Source of the DNA: Mytilus edulis | Lineage: Eukaryota | Length of the DNA: 64,000 bases | Assembly (NCBI RefSeq): GCF_963676685.1 | Contig: NC_092350.1 | Location: forward strand, 57,040,001-57,104,000 | Reading direction: 5' to 3' | Shown here: one piece after another, positions 1 to 13,455 of the stretch | Position numbering within the stretch: the stretch's first letter is position 1 | Layout of the letters: every line of letters begins with the position of its first letter | The notes under the pieces: generated by a model | Told to the model about the DNA's origin: nothing | Seen by the model: only the letters and a program-made list of their open reading frames with translations | Database searches by the model: none | Program-made: the position numbers and the translations under genes

Positions 1-475
1 CAATTTAGTTGTATTAGACACTATTCTATATTTGTTTAAAATGGAACGGTCATTTGAAAGCAAAGACTGTACTAATAAGCAAACACACGAAACCTAACTC
101 ACTCACAGAAAATAGTATTGAATGATTCAAAAAGTAAGACAGAAATTAAAACTCAGGAATAAAACTGAAATGAAGGACTACCGTTAGAAAAGCTCACGGA
201 CAAGTGTCAACGGTTTGTAAATTTGAGATTAATTTTTTTATTATAATTTAAAACTGCGAACAAATTTCAAATCTATAACATCGCACGCACAAGATATGTA
301 TTTCGAAGAACAAGATAAGAATATCAAACATCTGAAATACTGATTATATATTAGACAAATGAAACACATAGGAATATAAAACAAATGAAAACGGCACATT
401 TTGCAAAAGACATCATGTTGTTTAAGCGTTTAAGTCTCCATGAAGGTTACGAGCTATTTATCCGAATTTTGGTAC

Positions 476-1858
476 AATAAAATTGAGAATGGAAATGGGG
501 AATGTGTCAAAGAGACAACAACCCGACCAAATAAAAAACAACAGCAGAAGGTCACCAACAGGTCTTCAATGTAGCGAGAAATTCCCGCACCCGGAGGCGT
601 CCTTCAGCTGGCCCCTAAACAAATATATACTAGTTCAGTGATAATGAACGCCATACTAATTTCCAAATTGTACACAAGAAACTAATATAAAAATAATACA
701 AGACTAACAAAGGCCAGCGGCTCCTGACTTGGGACAGGCGCAAAAATGCGGCGGGGTTAAACATGTTTGTGAGATCTCAACCCTCCCCCTATACCTCTAA
801 CCAATGTAGAAAAATAAACGCATAACAATACGCACATTAAAATTCAGTTCAAGAGAAGTCCTAGTCTGATGTCAGAAGATGTAACCAAAGAAAATAAACA
901 AAATGACAATAATACATAAATAACAACAGACTACTAGCAGTTAACTGACATGCCAGCTCCAGACTTCAATTAAACTGACTGAAAGATTATGATTTCATCA
1001 TATGAACATCAGGCACAATCCTTCCCGTTAGGGGTTTAGTATCATACCATCATAACATATATGAGAAGAACATAACCCGTGTCATGCCAACAACTGTTTT
1101 TAGAATAAATGTCTTTAGATCCGACGCAAAGACCTTATCAGTGACTCAATATTAACGCCAAAATATACAATCTTTAATGACTTGACAACAGTATCGTAAT
1201 TATATCCCTTCTTAATCAGTCTATTTAAAGGTTTTGTAAGTTTCTGAGGTGAATACTGACACCTTTGTGCTTTATAAAGAATATTTCCATAAAAAATTGG
1301 ATGTGAAATACCTGAACGTATAAAAAGTCTGCATGTTGAGCTATATTTACGAATGATGTCTTTATACCGATGATAAAATTTAATGAAAGTTTTGACTAGT
1401 TTGTGATATCGAAAACCCTGGTGTAATAATTTTTCAGTAATACATAAATTTCTCTCGTTAAAATCTAAAACATTGTTACAAACACGAGCGAATCGTACAA
1501 GTTGAGATATATAAACACCGTAAGATGGTGACAAGGGAACGTCACCATCTAAAAACGGATAATTAACGATAGGAAATGAAAAATCATCCCTTTTATCATA
1601 AATTTTAGTATTCAGCTTTCCGTTAGTGATATAGATATCAAGATCGAGGAAAGGGCAGTGGTCATTATTAGTATTAGCTTTATTTAAAGTAAGTTCAGCA
1701 GGATAAATTTCAGTAATATACATACTGAAGTCGTCATTATTGAGAGCCAAAATATCATCCAAATATCTAAAAGTATTATTAAATTTGTTTATCAGATGTT
1801 GTTTTGATGGGTCTTTGCTTATTTTTGTCATAAATTGTAACTCATAACAATACAAAAA
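476..1858 (-). mobile_element. 5'-truncated Penelope-like retroelement (Naiad-type), RT C-terminal half plus ~640-bp 3' region
   Basis: ORF 1115-1855(-) has the RT motif FRYLDDIL, then CPFLDLDI, KIYDKRDDFSFPIVNYPFL and SYGVYISQLVRFARVC. It ends after the thumb with no C-terminal GIY-YIG domain, which fits N-terminal-EN PLEs. A near-identical inverted copy lies at 46979-47977. Confidence 0.8.
1115..1855 (-). pseudogene. Reverse transcriptase fragment (YLDD) of the Penelope-like element
   Basis: 246-aa open frame containing YLDD; 5'-truncated with no authentic start. Confidence 0.85.
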
Positions 1859-3792
1859 GCATAGTATACATCTGTATTATACGTATAAGAACACTTGTGA
1901 GTACCTAAACTTCCCTTAGATGTCTATTCATTATTGAAGTTATTGAGCAAAAAAGATAAATGAGAAATTGTCTACCTTTTCTTGATACATTAATAAAAGC
2001 AAAAATTTGCTTTCAGTCAACAAGGCAAATGAAGAAATTATGAAAGTCAATGGACAGATTCAAAGGTACGTATAACGTAAAATTAAAGCACCTTGTTCCT
2101 TTACCGATTAATCTTTATTCCAGTTAAAATCTAAAAAAAAATATGCTTTTGATTGAAAGCGTCTGTTTTACAGGTTATTTTACATATAGTTTTGTCAGAA
2201 AGTTAGTAATTATAGCATACATGTATATCAAAATCAAAACATTCAACGCTCTTTGCACATGTTGAACACATACACACAATTTGTTTGTTTTAAGTTCTCT
2301 CATGCATAGGTACTTTAATCGTGTAACAGGTAAATATATAGTACTAGAAGTTAAAATAAGCGAGACCCTCTATTCCTATATTCAGACCCATACGCAAATG
2401 CAGTTAAAATTTAAAAAAAAAACGCAATGCTGAACAAAGTTCATTTAAATGATTTTTAAAAAAACTGTAGAATGAAAATATTATAGAATTTAGCTTACAA
2501 ATAGTAATCAACACAAATATGTCAATGATGAATATGCCAAATGGTAATCATAAGACGTTCTGTGTTCAATATGCACATATTGTGTTGCTACTTTTGAGTA
2601 GAAACATTGTACTAAGTCACATTTACATTTTATAACCGTCCAAGTCATCCATGTTTTGTCAAGGATCTTAAATTCCCCCTCCTAGTCATCGACATTTGAT
2701 GATGTTACACACATACATGATACACACTGCTGAATCTTATAAATATCAAACACGTTATGAAGTCGTTAGATAGTGCAAGATATTTGTGTGAGTTTGACAG
2801 TGGATAAATTCAGGACAGTATATTTGTTGGTTACAAATGATACTAAAGGCTTTATAGGCGAGTGATATGAGAGCCAAATTTACATTTTTAATACACCTAC
2901 CTAACACATGGCTAAATTATATATCACTGGAAAGCTAAGAATGTGTACTTTCTAAATATCCCGGTCGTCAAAAGAAATTATGGTGCATTTTTTTTTAATC
3001 GAGGTCAAAGGTCATAGGTGCAATTTCAATTCACGGATACTTCCAGTAGATAAATCGATTCAAAACAAATGCAAAAACGAAACAATTTTATAAGAATGCT
3101 GTATTACAATTGGGAAAATATATTTCTATCATACTATTAATCAATTTTGGTTGATTTTAACGGTAACGCATGTTGCGTAACGTTTTCTCTCAGAGTCTTT
3201 GAAAATCAACCTTTAAGTCACAAAAATGTTTCTGTGATCGCGTTTGCATGATCTAAATCTTATAATACCTCCATATCATTTGATTACACGTATTTACATA
3301 CATGTATCTGCAAATTTGATATAAATAATCCGAAACAAAATATTTGAAGCAAGGGGAAAATATAACATATGACGTATTTTCAATTGTTTAGAAAAAGTCC
3401 CACGATGAGCTGTACATTAAAATTGAGGAAGTGTATGGTCTCCTGTTAGTTTGAAAGCCTGCCAACCGCTTCAAGATTAGACAACCATAGGGCAGATTTT
3501 TTTTTATTATTGTAGTGCAATATGTTGAGTCTGGATCATTCCGCGTTTTCATTTACATCACTAAATCAGATATGATAAGAGTACTATAACTAACATTACT
3601 AAAATGAGTAAAGCACTACTAGTATATTTATATCAACAAATTGACCATTTTGATTTAAAACATCACAAGAAAATATGATCACTCATTGTACGTCAAACTG
3701 TGTTTGAATTTACTTTAGTCGGCCGCCGTGTATCTTGAGATATCTAATTATTCAAATAACACTTGACAAAGAAGCTTTTTTTTTTAATTAAT

Positions 3793-3960
3793 TAAATTGA
3801 GAATGGAAATGGGGAAGGTATCAAAGAGACAACAACCCGACCATAGAAAAAACAACAACAGTAGGTCACCAACAGGTCTTCAATGTAACGAGAAATTCCC
3901 GCACCCGGAGGCGTCCTTCAGCTGGACCCTAAACAAATATACACTAGTTCAGTGATAATG
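3793..3960 (-). repeat. Short 3'-terminal fragment of the same Penelope-like family
   Basis: Matches 479-646 (aattgagaatggaaatgggg...gcacccggaggcgtccttcagctgg...ctagttcagtgataatg). Confidence 0.8.
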
Positions 3961-4299
3961 AGGACAAGGTTATCATTTAATATAAATATTGAACCTTTTA
4001 TTTGGCTTTCTTATGTTAAAATCCCGTTAGCGTATAACCTAAATGATCGAAACGTTGGACCAATGGGATGTTGGACCATTTAGATATCGGAATATTGCGA
4101 TATCGGAATATTATAGCTTCATTTTAACTTGTAATCTCATTCTTCTTATCGGTCAACATATCCATACATGCAAAGACAACTGCCTTGGCATGGGCATATA
4201 TCATTATCAGTACAGCAGAGGTTTTGCTCAAAGCGGAACAAGATCTAGATCTGCTATTTACAGATTGAATTACAAATTGGGAGTGGACATGATGGATTT

Positions 4300-4602
4300 G
4301 TCAAAGGGACACCAACCCGTTCAAAAAGCAGGTAACGGCCGAAGACCACCAATGGGTCATCAATGCAAGAAACTCCCAAACCCGGAGGCGTTCTTCAGCT
4401 GGCCCCTAAACAAAATTTGTACTAGTTTGAAATGATAATTGACGTCATACTAAGCTTCGAAATATACTCAAGAAATTAAGATAAAAAATCATACAAAACT
4501 AAGAAAGGCCAGAGGCTTCTGACTTGGGACAGGGGCAAAATTGCAGCGGGGTTAAACATATTTTTTTGGAAATCTCAACCCTCCCCCTTTACCTATACCA
4601 AT
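4300..4602 (-). repeat. Older diverged 3' fragment of the same Penelope-like family
   Basis: Diverged match to ~505-805 (cccggaggcgttcttcagctggcccctaaac; ctgacttgggacagg; tctcaaccctcccc). Confidence 0.7.
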
Positions 4603-6569
4603 GCATGAACAGATCAAATCTTGTAGAAAGTTGCATGAAATCATACCAGACCGATGTTGCCTTTTAGCCAACCAAAGTCATACCGAAGAACTTTTATTGT
4701 TTCTGTAGATCTACATTGTCTTGGATAAAGTATTGACCACCAGGAGAAAAAGAATGCCATGTAGAATTTAGGCCCCATTTTCAATTTTTCCTGAGCAGTC
4801 AAACTTGTTAATAGTATAGCAAAGGTGTGTCCATAAATACGGTGCATTTGTAATAATAAACCTAAATGAAAAAGAGTAAAAAAAAATATTTAAAGATAAT
4901 ATACATTCTACTTAAGCCATAGCTACATTTAAGCTTTATTAACTGCCACAGATGCGCCATCATCCAAAAGACAATACAGAAATGTTCTGAAAGCAGGTGG
5001 CATAATTTCAAAGTTTTTATGACACATTTCTCGGTTACAACAATTAATCTTTTCTCATATAACCAATGAAATGTTAAAGATTCTATTGGAAATAAATAAA
5101 TTGTTTTTAAAGTTTGCACTTTATTTAATGAAATAGATATACAGTCATATTAAAAGACCACAAAAGAATATCATCCAAGATATAGAGATTTTATTCGTAA
5201 AGGGGGAGTAACCCCTGAAAACCGAGAAAGTGTCGCCCGTTTTATTCAAAATATTTAAAATCTTAACACAACTGAACACGATCTTACAGCAACTTAGCAG
5301 GTGTTTTACCTTTGGTCTTATTTGATCTGAACGTGATCTAATCAAGTCTTATTTGAATGCTAGATGAATCTGTCTTGTTTATCTTGACACGACTGATCTG
5401 ACTGAACACGGTATATCTTAAAAGAGTATGAGTGTCTAAACTGGTCTTAACGTTTTTCTCTAGCGGTAAATTAAGTCGAATAAGACTTGATCAGACCAAA
5501 ATGACCGTTTCAGACCAAAATCTGGCTACTAGTGTTTGTGACTAAGTGTCCTTTTTTGTTGAGATTGGAGGGACCCGCCCCCCCCCCAAAAAAAAAAAAT
5601 AATAATTAAAAAAACATTTAAAATAAATTAAAAACATATAAATCAATAGCAGTTTTAACGACATATATATCAAAGATGCATTAAAAAAGATTGGTTCCTT
5701 ATATTTATTATGGAATACTATCGAATAAATATGGAAATAAATGAAGAAATTAAACTGTCTTAAAAGACATTTTATCTCTTTATCCGTTTTAATTCAATAT
5801 ATAAATATATATTTTTCGAAGTTGCCTTACACTTGTATTAACATTAATCAGAATATATGAAAAATGGGTTATGTTATTATACCTTTCTTGACACCTTTGA
5901 TTTGTTTATGAAGTGACCAAATTTCATTTCTCTGTGACTTTCAAAATTCAATCTTTATTATTTGTCCTCAAATAAGTATAGGAAAAGATTAGTCTACTTT
6001 GTTTGAACTATAAGAACTAGCTAAGGCCATATGCACTGCTAATATATTAGTCTGTGTGGCCCATAAATCCACGCAAAATATATCTATAATTCAGTGATCT
6101 GCTGTTCTCACGCAGATAAAGAGTTGTTTTTGTAAAGTCCAGCGTGCTTGGGTGTAAAGTCTAGCGCTGTAGATCTAACGTCGTACGCGAGGAATGATTG
6201 TCCTTAACCAAGTCAGGAAAATGTCAGTAGTTATCTTATAGTTCGTTTCTGTGTGTGTTCCATTGTCGTTTTTTTTTTTTTTTTGCACTTAAGTGTTTCT
6301 GTTGTTTCGGTTGTTTTTTCTGATAGTTGATGCGTTTACCTCAGATTTAGTGTTTTACCCGGATTTGTTTTTTCTCAATCGATGTATGACGTTCGAACAA
6401 CGGTATACTACTGTTGCCTATTTTTTTACAGTCCTCTACAAAGAACTATGAAATCGCCCTTGTTAGTAAGCAGTATTGTTACAAAATAAATGATAACGTA
6501 AAATATCTTTGATTTTTTTTGGTAGCAACTGTTCTCTGAGTCTATTGCGTCAGGTTTGTTAGGTAAGTC

Positions 6570-9500
6570 TCAATGTGCATGGCAGCGTCCACTTACGCAC
6601 GTGTAACCAAGACAGCAAGGACAGAGTCTTCTACCGCATTTCGGACTTCTCTTTACTAACCTAAACAGAAAAACTTGAAAATGACTACCCAATTTACATA
6701 GTTTTGTGACAGTCATATACATCGTTCATTGTATATAGATCGATGTATATCTGAATGTACACATAATAACAATTTCTTCATGTAGGTATATACATTGCGT
6801 CAGTAGTTATAGCAATTCATCATGTTTATAAACTCAAGTACTAACAGCCATGTCTTATAACTATAAATGTTCAAGAGATAATTTTTTCTTCACATAAAGA
6901 TAAAGGAAGATGTGGTATGAGTGCCAATGAGACAGCTCTCCATCCAAATAACAATTCATAAAAGTAACCAATTGTATTTGCTAATTGAAAATTAAGCTGA
7001 ATAAAATAATTTAAGACATCATAGAAGATAATTCTGTTTTAATTGGTTATTACTAAGACTTGGATAAAGAGTGAGCTATTTGTACTGTACAGTTATGATG
7101 TCTCTAGTCTAGTCAAAGGGTCAGAGTGTCCTAATTGATTAAACGATAAAATGTTGAAGTTAGATAACATGTTTTCACGTGCAGAGAAAGTTCACTTATG
7201 ACCAATGCATGATTGGATTTCATCTTTCTCATTGGTCAATGATATTGCGGGTCAGCACGAGTTCACGTGTAAGTGCGTTGTGGTCACTTCCTTTAATCAT
7301 CAGCATTTGATGTGTTAACTTGTGATTCTTGTCCAACAATTTGTTAAAAATTCGCACCCACATACCTCCCTTAAAAGTATCTTTGAAGTAGATATGTATA
7401 AATATTTATTTATGGGGCAGATTTTTCTCCCTAACTTTGCTATTCTTTGTCATTTATTTTATTGATATGATATCAGTTGATGTAATTCGTATTAATTATG
7501 TATTGTTATTTCATATTAAATATGAATTTTTATGTCAAATGTTTTATTTGCAAAATATAAAAAAGAAAATGTGGTATGATTGCCAATGAGACAACTATCC
7601 ACAGAAGACCAACATGACACAGACATTAACAACTATAGGTCACCATACGGCCTTCAACAATGAACAAAGCCCATATTGCATAGTCAGCTATAACAGGCCC
7701 CGATAAGACAATATAAAACAAGTCAAACGAGAAACTAACGGCCTTATTTAATGTAAAAAAATGTATTTTTTGCATTTTATGATTTTGAATAAATGACATT
7801 TTTTCGTCAGTTTAGTTTTTATATCTAGTTTTTATATCATATAGGAAATCAAGCTCAGACTCTGGCTTTTGTATACATAGTATGTTTATGGTATCTAGCT
7901 GTCTGTCTTAAAAATATTATAGGTCAATGTACGGCCTTCAAAACAGAGTCTTGGCTCACACCGAACAACAAGCTATAAAGGGCCCCAAAATTACTAGTGT
8001 AAAACCATTCAAACGGGAAAACCAACGGTCTAATCTAAATAAAAAAACGAGAAACACGTATAAATTACATAAACAAACGACAGCTACTGTACATCAGATT
8101 CCTGACTTAGGACAGGTGCAAACATTTGCAGCGGGATTAAACGTTTTAATGGTACCAAACCTTCTCCCTTTTTCTGAAACAATAGTATAACACCACAACA
8201 TAGAAAAACACTTGATAAAATATTAATTGGAAGGCTTAACTCAATCAAAAAACGTAAATTAACACACTATGAACGAATAAATTTGATCCGCGATACCTGA
8301 ATGCTAATACATAGTTAATAAAATCATTAGGGACAAAAATTCAAGGCCAAAAGCAAACAAACAAGTTCAAACAAAGCCATGGCAAGACACCACTGAAAAA
8401 TATTTAACAACCCTTAGAAAATCATCACTTTTGAAAAAAGACGGTTTCATAATATATACAGGTAAATGAAAAATAACTTTGTCGTTTTAGGTATACTACT
8501 TCTGTGTAAATAAAATCTTTCCAATAAGGAATACCAAGAAAGTTCTGTAATATAAATAAATCTAATTTAACACTTGATACATATGGGGTGGATATCAACA
8601 ATAAAACTATACAATTAGAGGTATATATTTTGATTAACACTACTAACAATTTAGCAACTTATTTAACTGTGTATACTTTATTTCGGACTCAAATTCGAAC
8701 GATAGAATATGACAAAAAAACGTCAGACCGCGCAACATTAAATTCAAACAATCAAAAGAATTTCTGTTTTTTTACCAGCCGAAAACTATTGTGCATCCCG
8801 AGAAAAGTGTTTCATAGGAATAGTTGTAAGATAAAATATTTGGTTAAAAAATCTACTTTTCAAGAACATGTAATTAGTTTTTAGTGGTCTATATGGCATA
8901 CTATTTAAATCAACATACTTCTGACGAAGTCCATTGTCTTTCAGCATTTTCTCATTTGCCATGTTGACTGGAAATTAATGAGAAAAACATGTAAGAAGTG
9001 ATGGTAACCAAACGACAAACCTACCACTAATATTTAGTCAATTGATAATATGTACAGACTGCTTTAATGTAGTATCTTAAACATGTAATATATTTTTCGA
9101 AATCTTTATTCAAGACATTGCAAAATAATACAACAATCCACTTTATTTATCAGATAAATTCAGTGTTATGTAAAGATATATTTTTGGAAAGAACTATAAA
9201 CACTGTGCATCAAATTATTAATCTTATGGCCGTCCCTCTTTCATTACTTTGAAGTATTTCATAATTGTCTATGATCGATTTTTCAATATGTTTTTCCTCA
9301 TATTCGAAAGAAGTAAACAGTTTTGTAACGATAACAGCGAGTGATAATCCATACACAATTCGACAACGATAACTTTTCTTAATTTTAGTGTTTAATGTCA
9401 ACATCATCCCCCCACATATTGCGGGCAATTATTCTTATACTATGATGCACTCATCAGCCTTCAAAATAGATAAATTACTACTAAATGTGAAATGAAAATA

Positions 9501-9919
9501 TTTAAAGATCTATGTTTTTCTATATCTATTTGAGATATTTATTTTGTAAGTGAAACATATGCATGCAACCCACATCTTTTTTCTCAAAATTATAAACAGT
9601 CTTGATATTTGAAATTAAAAAAATCAAAATCCTAATTTTTTCTTTTTTTCTTTTTTGGAACGTTGAATATATCCATGGATGCGGAAATTCCCTTAACATT
9701 TTGTAGGGATGATTATGCCATTACAAATAAACATATTCAATTCATAAGGACAACGTTATTTTCGTCAAAGGAATTGAATAAATTTTATAAATCATGCATA
9801 TGCATCAACTACGTATACATGCGAATTAAAACATCAATTTGTTAACACATCTTATAGGTTTATTTACCTCCAACAAACATCAACAAAAGAGAAACAATTA
9901 AAAAAAAGGAAACCTTCAT
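6570..9919 (-). CDS. Secreted cysteine-rich peptide precursor, CRP-I-like (C-C-CC-C-C), single module, 63 aa
   Basis: Exons 9919-9868, 8967-8919 and 6660-6570, all GT-AG, phases 1 and 2. Translation: MKVSFFLIVSLLLMFVGVNMANEKMLKDNGLRQKLVKR|SPKCGRRLCPCCLGYTCVSGRCHAH*. Signal peptide + pro region + KR site + 6-Cys array, as in Mytilus CRP-I peptides. Confidence 0.88.
6905..8355 (+). repeat. Dispersed repeat copy split by a ~945-bp insertion (6971-7915)
   Basis: 6905-6970 joined to 7916-8355 reproduces the uninterrupted copy at 40128-40638 (ggaagatgtggtatga-tgccaatgagaca...attataggtcaatgta...caaggccaaaag). Confidence 0.7.
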
Positions 9920-10058
9920 TGTCTGTTTTACTTCTTACTTGAGGCTACACAAAAAGTTCATTATATTTTATGTTTCCGGAAAACGCACATTAGTAGGTAA
10001 AGAATATTTTTATGGTATAAGAGGGACGATCGTAAATCGCTGCAAATACCAACATTAA

Positions 10059-10772
10059 GGTAGCACAATACAAAGATTTTTCATCCTCAATCAGACATCT
10101 TTAAACTAATGTTATTCCACTCATTTTTCTTTAAATGTTATAAATGAGGTACCAAAAGAAAGAAGAAGGATTAATCTTTCAAATTGTGATAATTTCATTA
10201 TGACATAATTATTACATAATTAATTATCATGTAATTAGTTGCCATTCTGTGATGTCCATACTTGAATGAATTTAGCTTCTTTGTTCTTCATAGCATCCAA
10301 ATAATTTTTATAGATTCTTACACAATACAGTTTGACCTCCAAAACTGTGTCTCAGATTTTTTCTATTGTATTTTATTCTCTTATAAATCTTCAATGAAGT
10401 TTGCAACATCAATTCATTAGAGACCACTAAATTCAATTGGGTATAAAATTTGTTCTATTGATGTTTTTGGAAATCTGAGACACTGTTTTGGAGGTCAAGC
10501 TGTGTTGTACAAGAATCTATAAAATATTTTGGGATGCTATGAAGAACAAAGAAGCTAAATTCATTCAAGTGTGGACATCACAATAAAGCAACTAATAACA
10601 TAATAATTAATTACGTAATAATTATGTCATAATGAAATTATCACAATTTGAAAGATCAATCTTTCTTCTTTCTTTTGGTACCTCATTTATAAAATATAAA
10701 GAAGGATGAATTGAATTACATCAGTTTAAAGTTGTCTGATTTGGAGTGGAAAAATCTTTGTATTGTGCTACC
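10059..10772. mobile_element. Palindromic non-autonomous DNA transposon (MITE), TTAA target, Kolobok-like
   Basis: TTAA|GGTAGCACAATACAAAGATTTT ... AAAATCTTTGTATTGTGCTACC|TTAA; inverted arms ~300 bp each. Confidence 0.85.
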
Positions 10773-13139
10773 TTAACATCGTCATTTAAAATAAATATTG
10801 AATAAATCTCCTTTTTATACAAAGAAAGACGCACATGAATGTCAACGATGCTTTTCTTCAACATATTCTAAGATAGAAATGTGCACAATGTCAACAGGAC
10901 TATTCTGTGTGAATCGGTTTCATTTATTTTTTTAAACATAGAAAATTTAGGTTTAAAGCATTTTCTTGTAAAAAGTAAAATCACAAAAATAATGAACTTC
11001 GAGTAAATGAGTGAACTTTTCGACATAGTTAGAACAAATTGAACAACCTCAGAAAGCTATGTTATAACTGAAAATGGGAGGTACAAATATACATCACTGG
11101 CATTGTCATCAGCAGGGTATATCATATTATGTAGTTATAATCATACATCTGTGTTTTAAAAAAAAGATAGCAATACCTTGATATGCATAAACTCATCATA
11201 GTTTACAGCATAACATTTTGTATAAATATGGCCTTATAGTTTCGGTAGTATCATATTTGTCAAGTTCACTGGGAAATGTGTATGGCAACAACAGCGGTAT
11301 TTCTATAAAAATGGCTATAGTTTGAAAAAAAGGTGACCAAATATAACCATGTTGAAATCTGATCAATCGTTATGACAATTGGTATAATGTTACTTCAAAC
11401 TAACTATTGAAATAACAATAAATGCATGTTATGTAGCACATTTTAAGTAAAGCATGTTAAATTCGAAATCGTTTATTTTTTTTAAAGAAAAACAACGTTA
11501 ATTGCTACTTCAGTGTGTAAGATTCCATATAGTTGCGATGCATTATTAACGTATTTATATTGTACTTACATATTAAGTATTATACTATCTCGAGATGATA
11601 ACTGATTGAAACAGTAATACATGTTTTCAGCTTTTATACGCAAACGTTTTACAAATACAATATGTTAAAAACATAACATTTTATGTAATTTCTTGTCTTG
11701 CGGTTGTGCCACCTTTCACGGATGGTCTTTTATCACATTAGTTACTAATATTGAGCATTTATTTTTAAATTCGAATTTGAACAAACATCATATATGTTTT
11801 TTGCAACCTGGTTAGTTTAGTGCAAAGCAATATTTACAATGATAGATAATCTGTTTACAACATGTAAGTATACTATTTATAGCAACAAAGGACTGGTAAA
11901 AGGTAGAACCATTTAGTACGTAATATTTGTTGTGTTACTACAGTGATGCATAACTGAAAGAAATTACAAATCTACGAAAATTAAAGCAGTAAGTAACACA
12001 TTCAAGTAAGAACGTGTAAATAAACAACGATAATAATACAATGATAATAAAAATTGTATATTCTTTAAAAGCAGTGTTACAAAACGTTAGTGAAACCAAA
12101 TGAATGTTATACATATTTCATATCCCAATAATTATAGTGGCTAAGTCTGGTTATATTTGGCCTGCTAGTTTGATTTATTAAGAGACGATGTACGACGACA
12201 AACGACGGACGATGGACGTCAAGTGATGAGAAATTGTGACTTTTAGGTCAGGTGAGCTAAAATAGGTTTGTTTACATGTAAAACACATGTACTGAGGTAA
12301 GTAAACCTTATTAAAGTGCATCTTGTATGTCATGTCTTTGATCTAGACAAAAAGTCATTTAATTACAATGTTCGATAGGAACAAAATAAAACAAAAACAT
12401 AAATAGCAGCCACAGAAAGCCGAAACTGAAGAAAAATCAAGACATGCAAACGAATGTGGGCAGTAGCAACGTTGTAAAAGTATATACCAACAACTTATTA
12501 AAGGGAGGATATATTTGATATGTTAAATCGTATTTGCGAATTTAGTTGCAAAATATTTTGCATTGACGAACTTATTCTAAATATGTGTATGTGAGATTAG
12601 GAAAAGAAATTAGCATAGTGTTTTATGTGTACATGTACATAAACAAGACGAAGTAAAGAAAAGACGTCATCATGGTGTACATATAATTTTGGTTGCTTTT
12701 TACTAGCTTTTTATTATTGCAGGACATCAAATTGATAGAACCCTGGAACTCTGTTTACAGGAAGACAAAAGTCTATGTCTGATTAAAACTAGGTTAGCGC
12801 AAACCAGAACTTGCGAAGAATATTTTTTTAGACTTTTATTTGATTTGCAGCTATATTATAAAACTAGAAATCCCTCATGTCCGAAACGGTTGACACAAAC
12901 ATAACGTTGGTACTCTGAATTTAATAAAAAAAAAAGCAAAGATAAGCTCGAATAACTGTTTAGTTAACATCTTGTATCCAGATTTTTATTGTGTTAAAAC
13001 TGTAAATATTTAAATTGTTCGATACATTTTAATACTATTTTTATACGTATCTATATATTAATCTATTTATGCATTGTTTCCCTTTTATTTTATTTCTTTA
13101 TTCCCTTTAGATTTATGAAGTCCTTTATATCACGGACTG

Positions 13140-13455
13140 ACCTTATTTTTAGAGTCACTGACCGGTAACGTTTGCGTTATGGTTTGGTTATCGTAAGGAT
13201 TCTGCTGTAGAACTGCCGGATATTATAACCTGACTCCATTTCTGAGTCACTGACCAGTATCTCTTGCTGTGTGGGTTTGTTGTTTAGTAGGCAGAATCTG
13301 CAATAGTACGGCCAACTATGGCCTGCCTCCATGTTTTAGTCACTGACTGTTTACTGATGCAGTGTAGTTTGGTCTACTTCGTTGTTCATGAAGTTATTGT
13401 CTTTTGCACTGACTGGTACGGACGGCCTAATTCCATTTTGGAGTCATTACTGTTG
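13140..13455. repeat. Diverged tandem repeat, about four units of ~95-100 bp
   Basis: Recurrent core (cc)attt..gagtcactgac near 13145, 13236, 13329 and 13433. Confidence 0.5.

Noticed and set aside
4043-5345. Short ORFs of 66-130 aa
   Set aside because: No recognisable motifs; they overlap repeat fragments and are expected by chance in AT-rich DNA.
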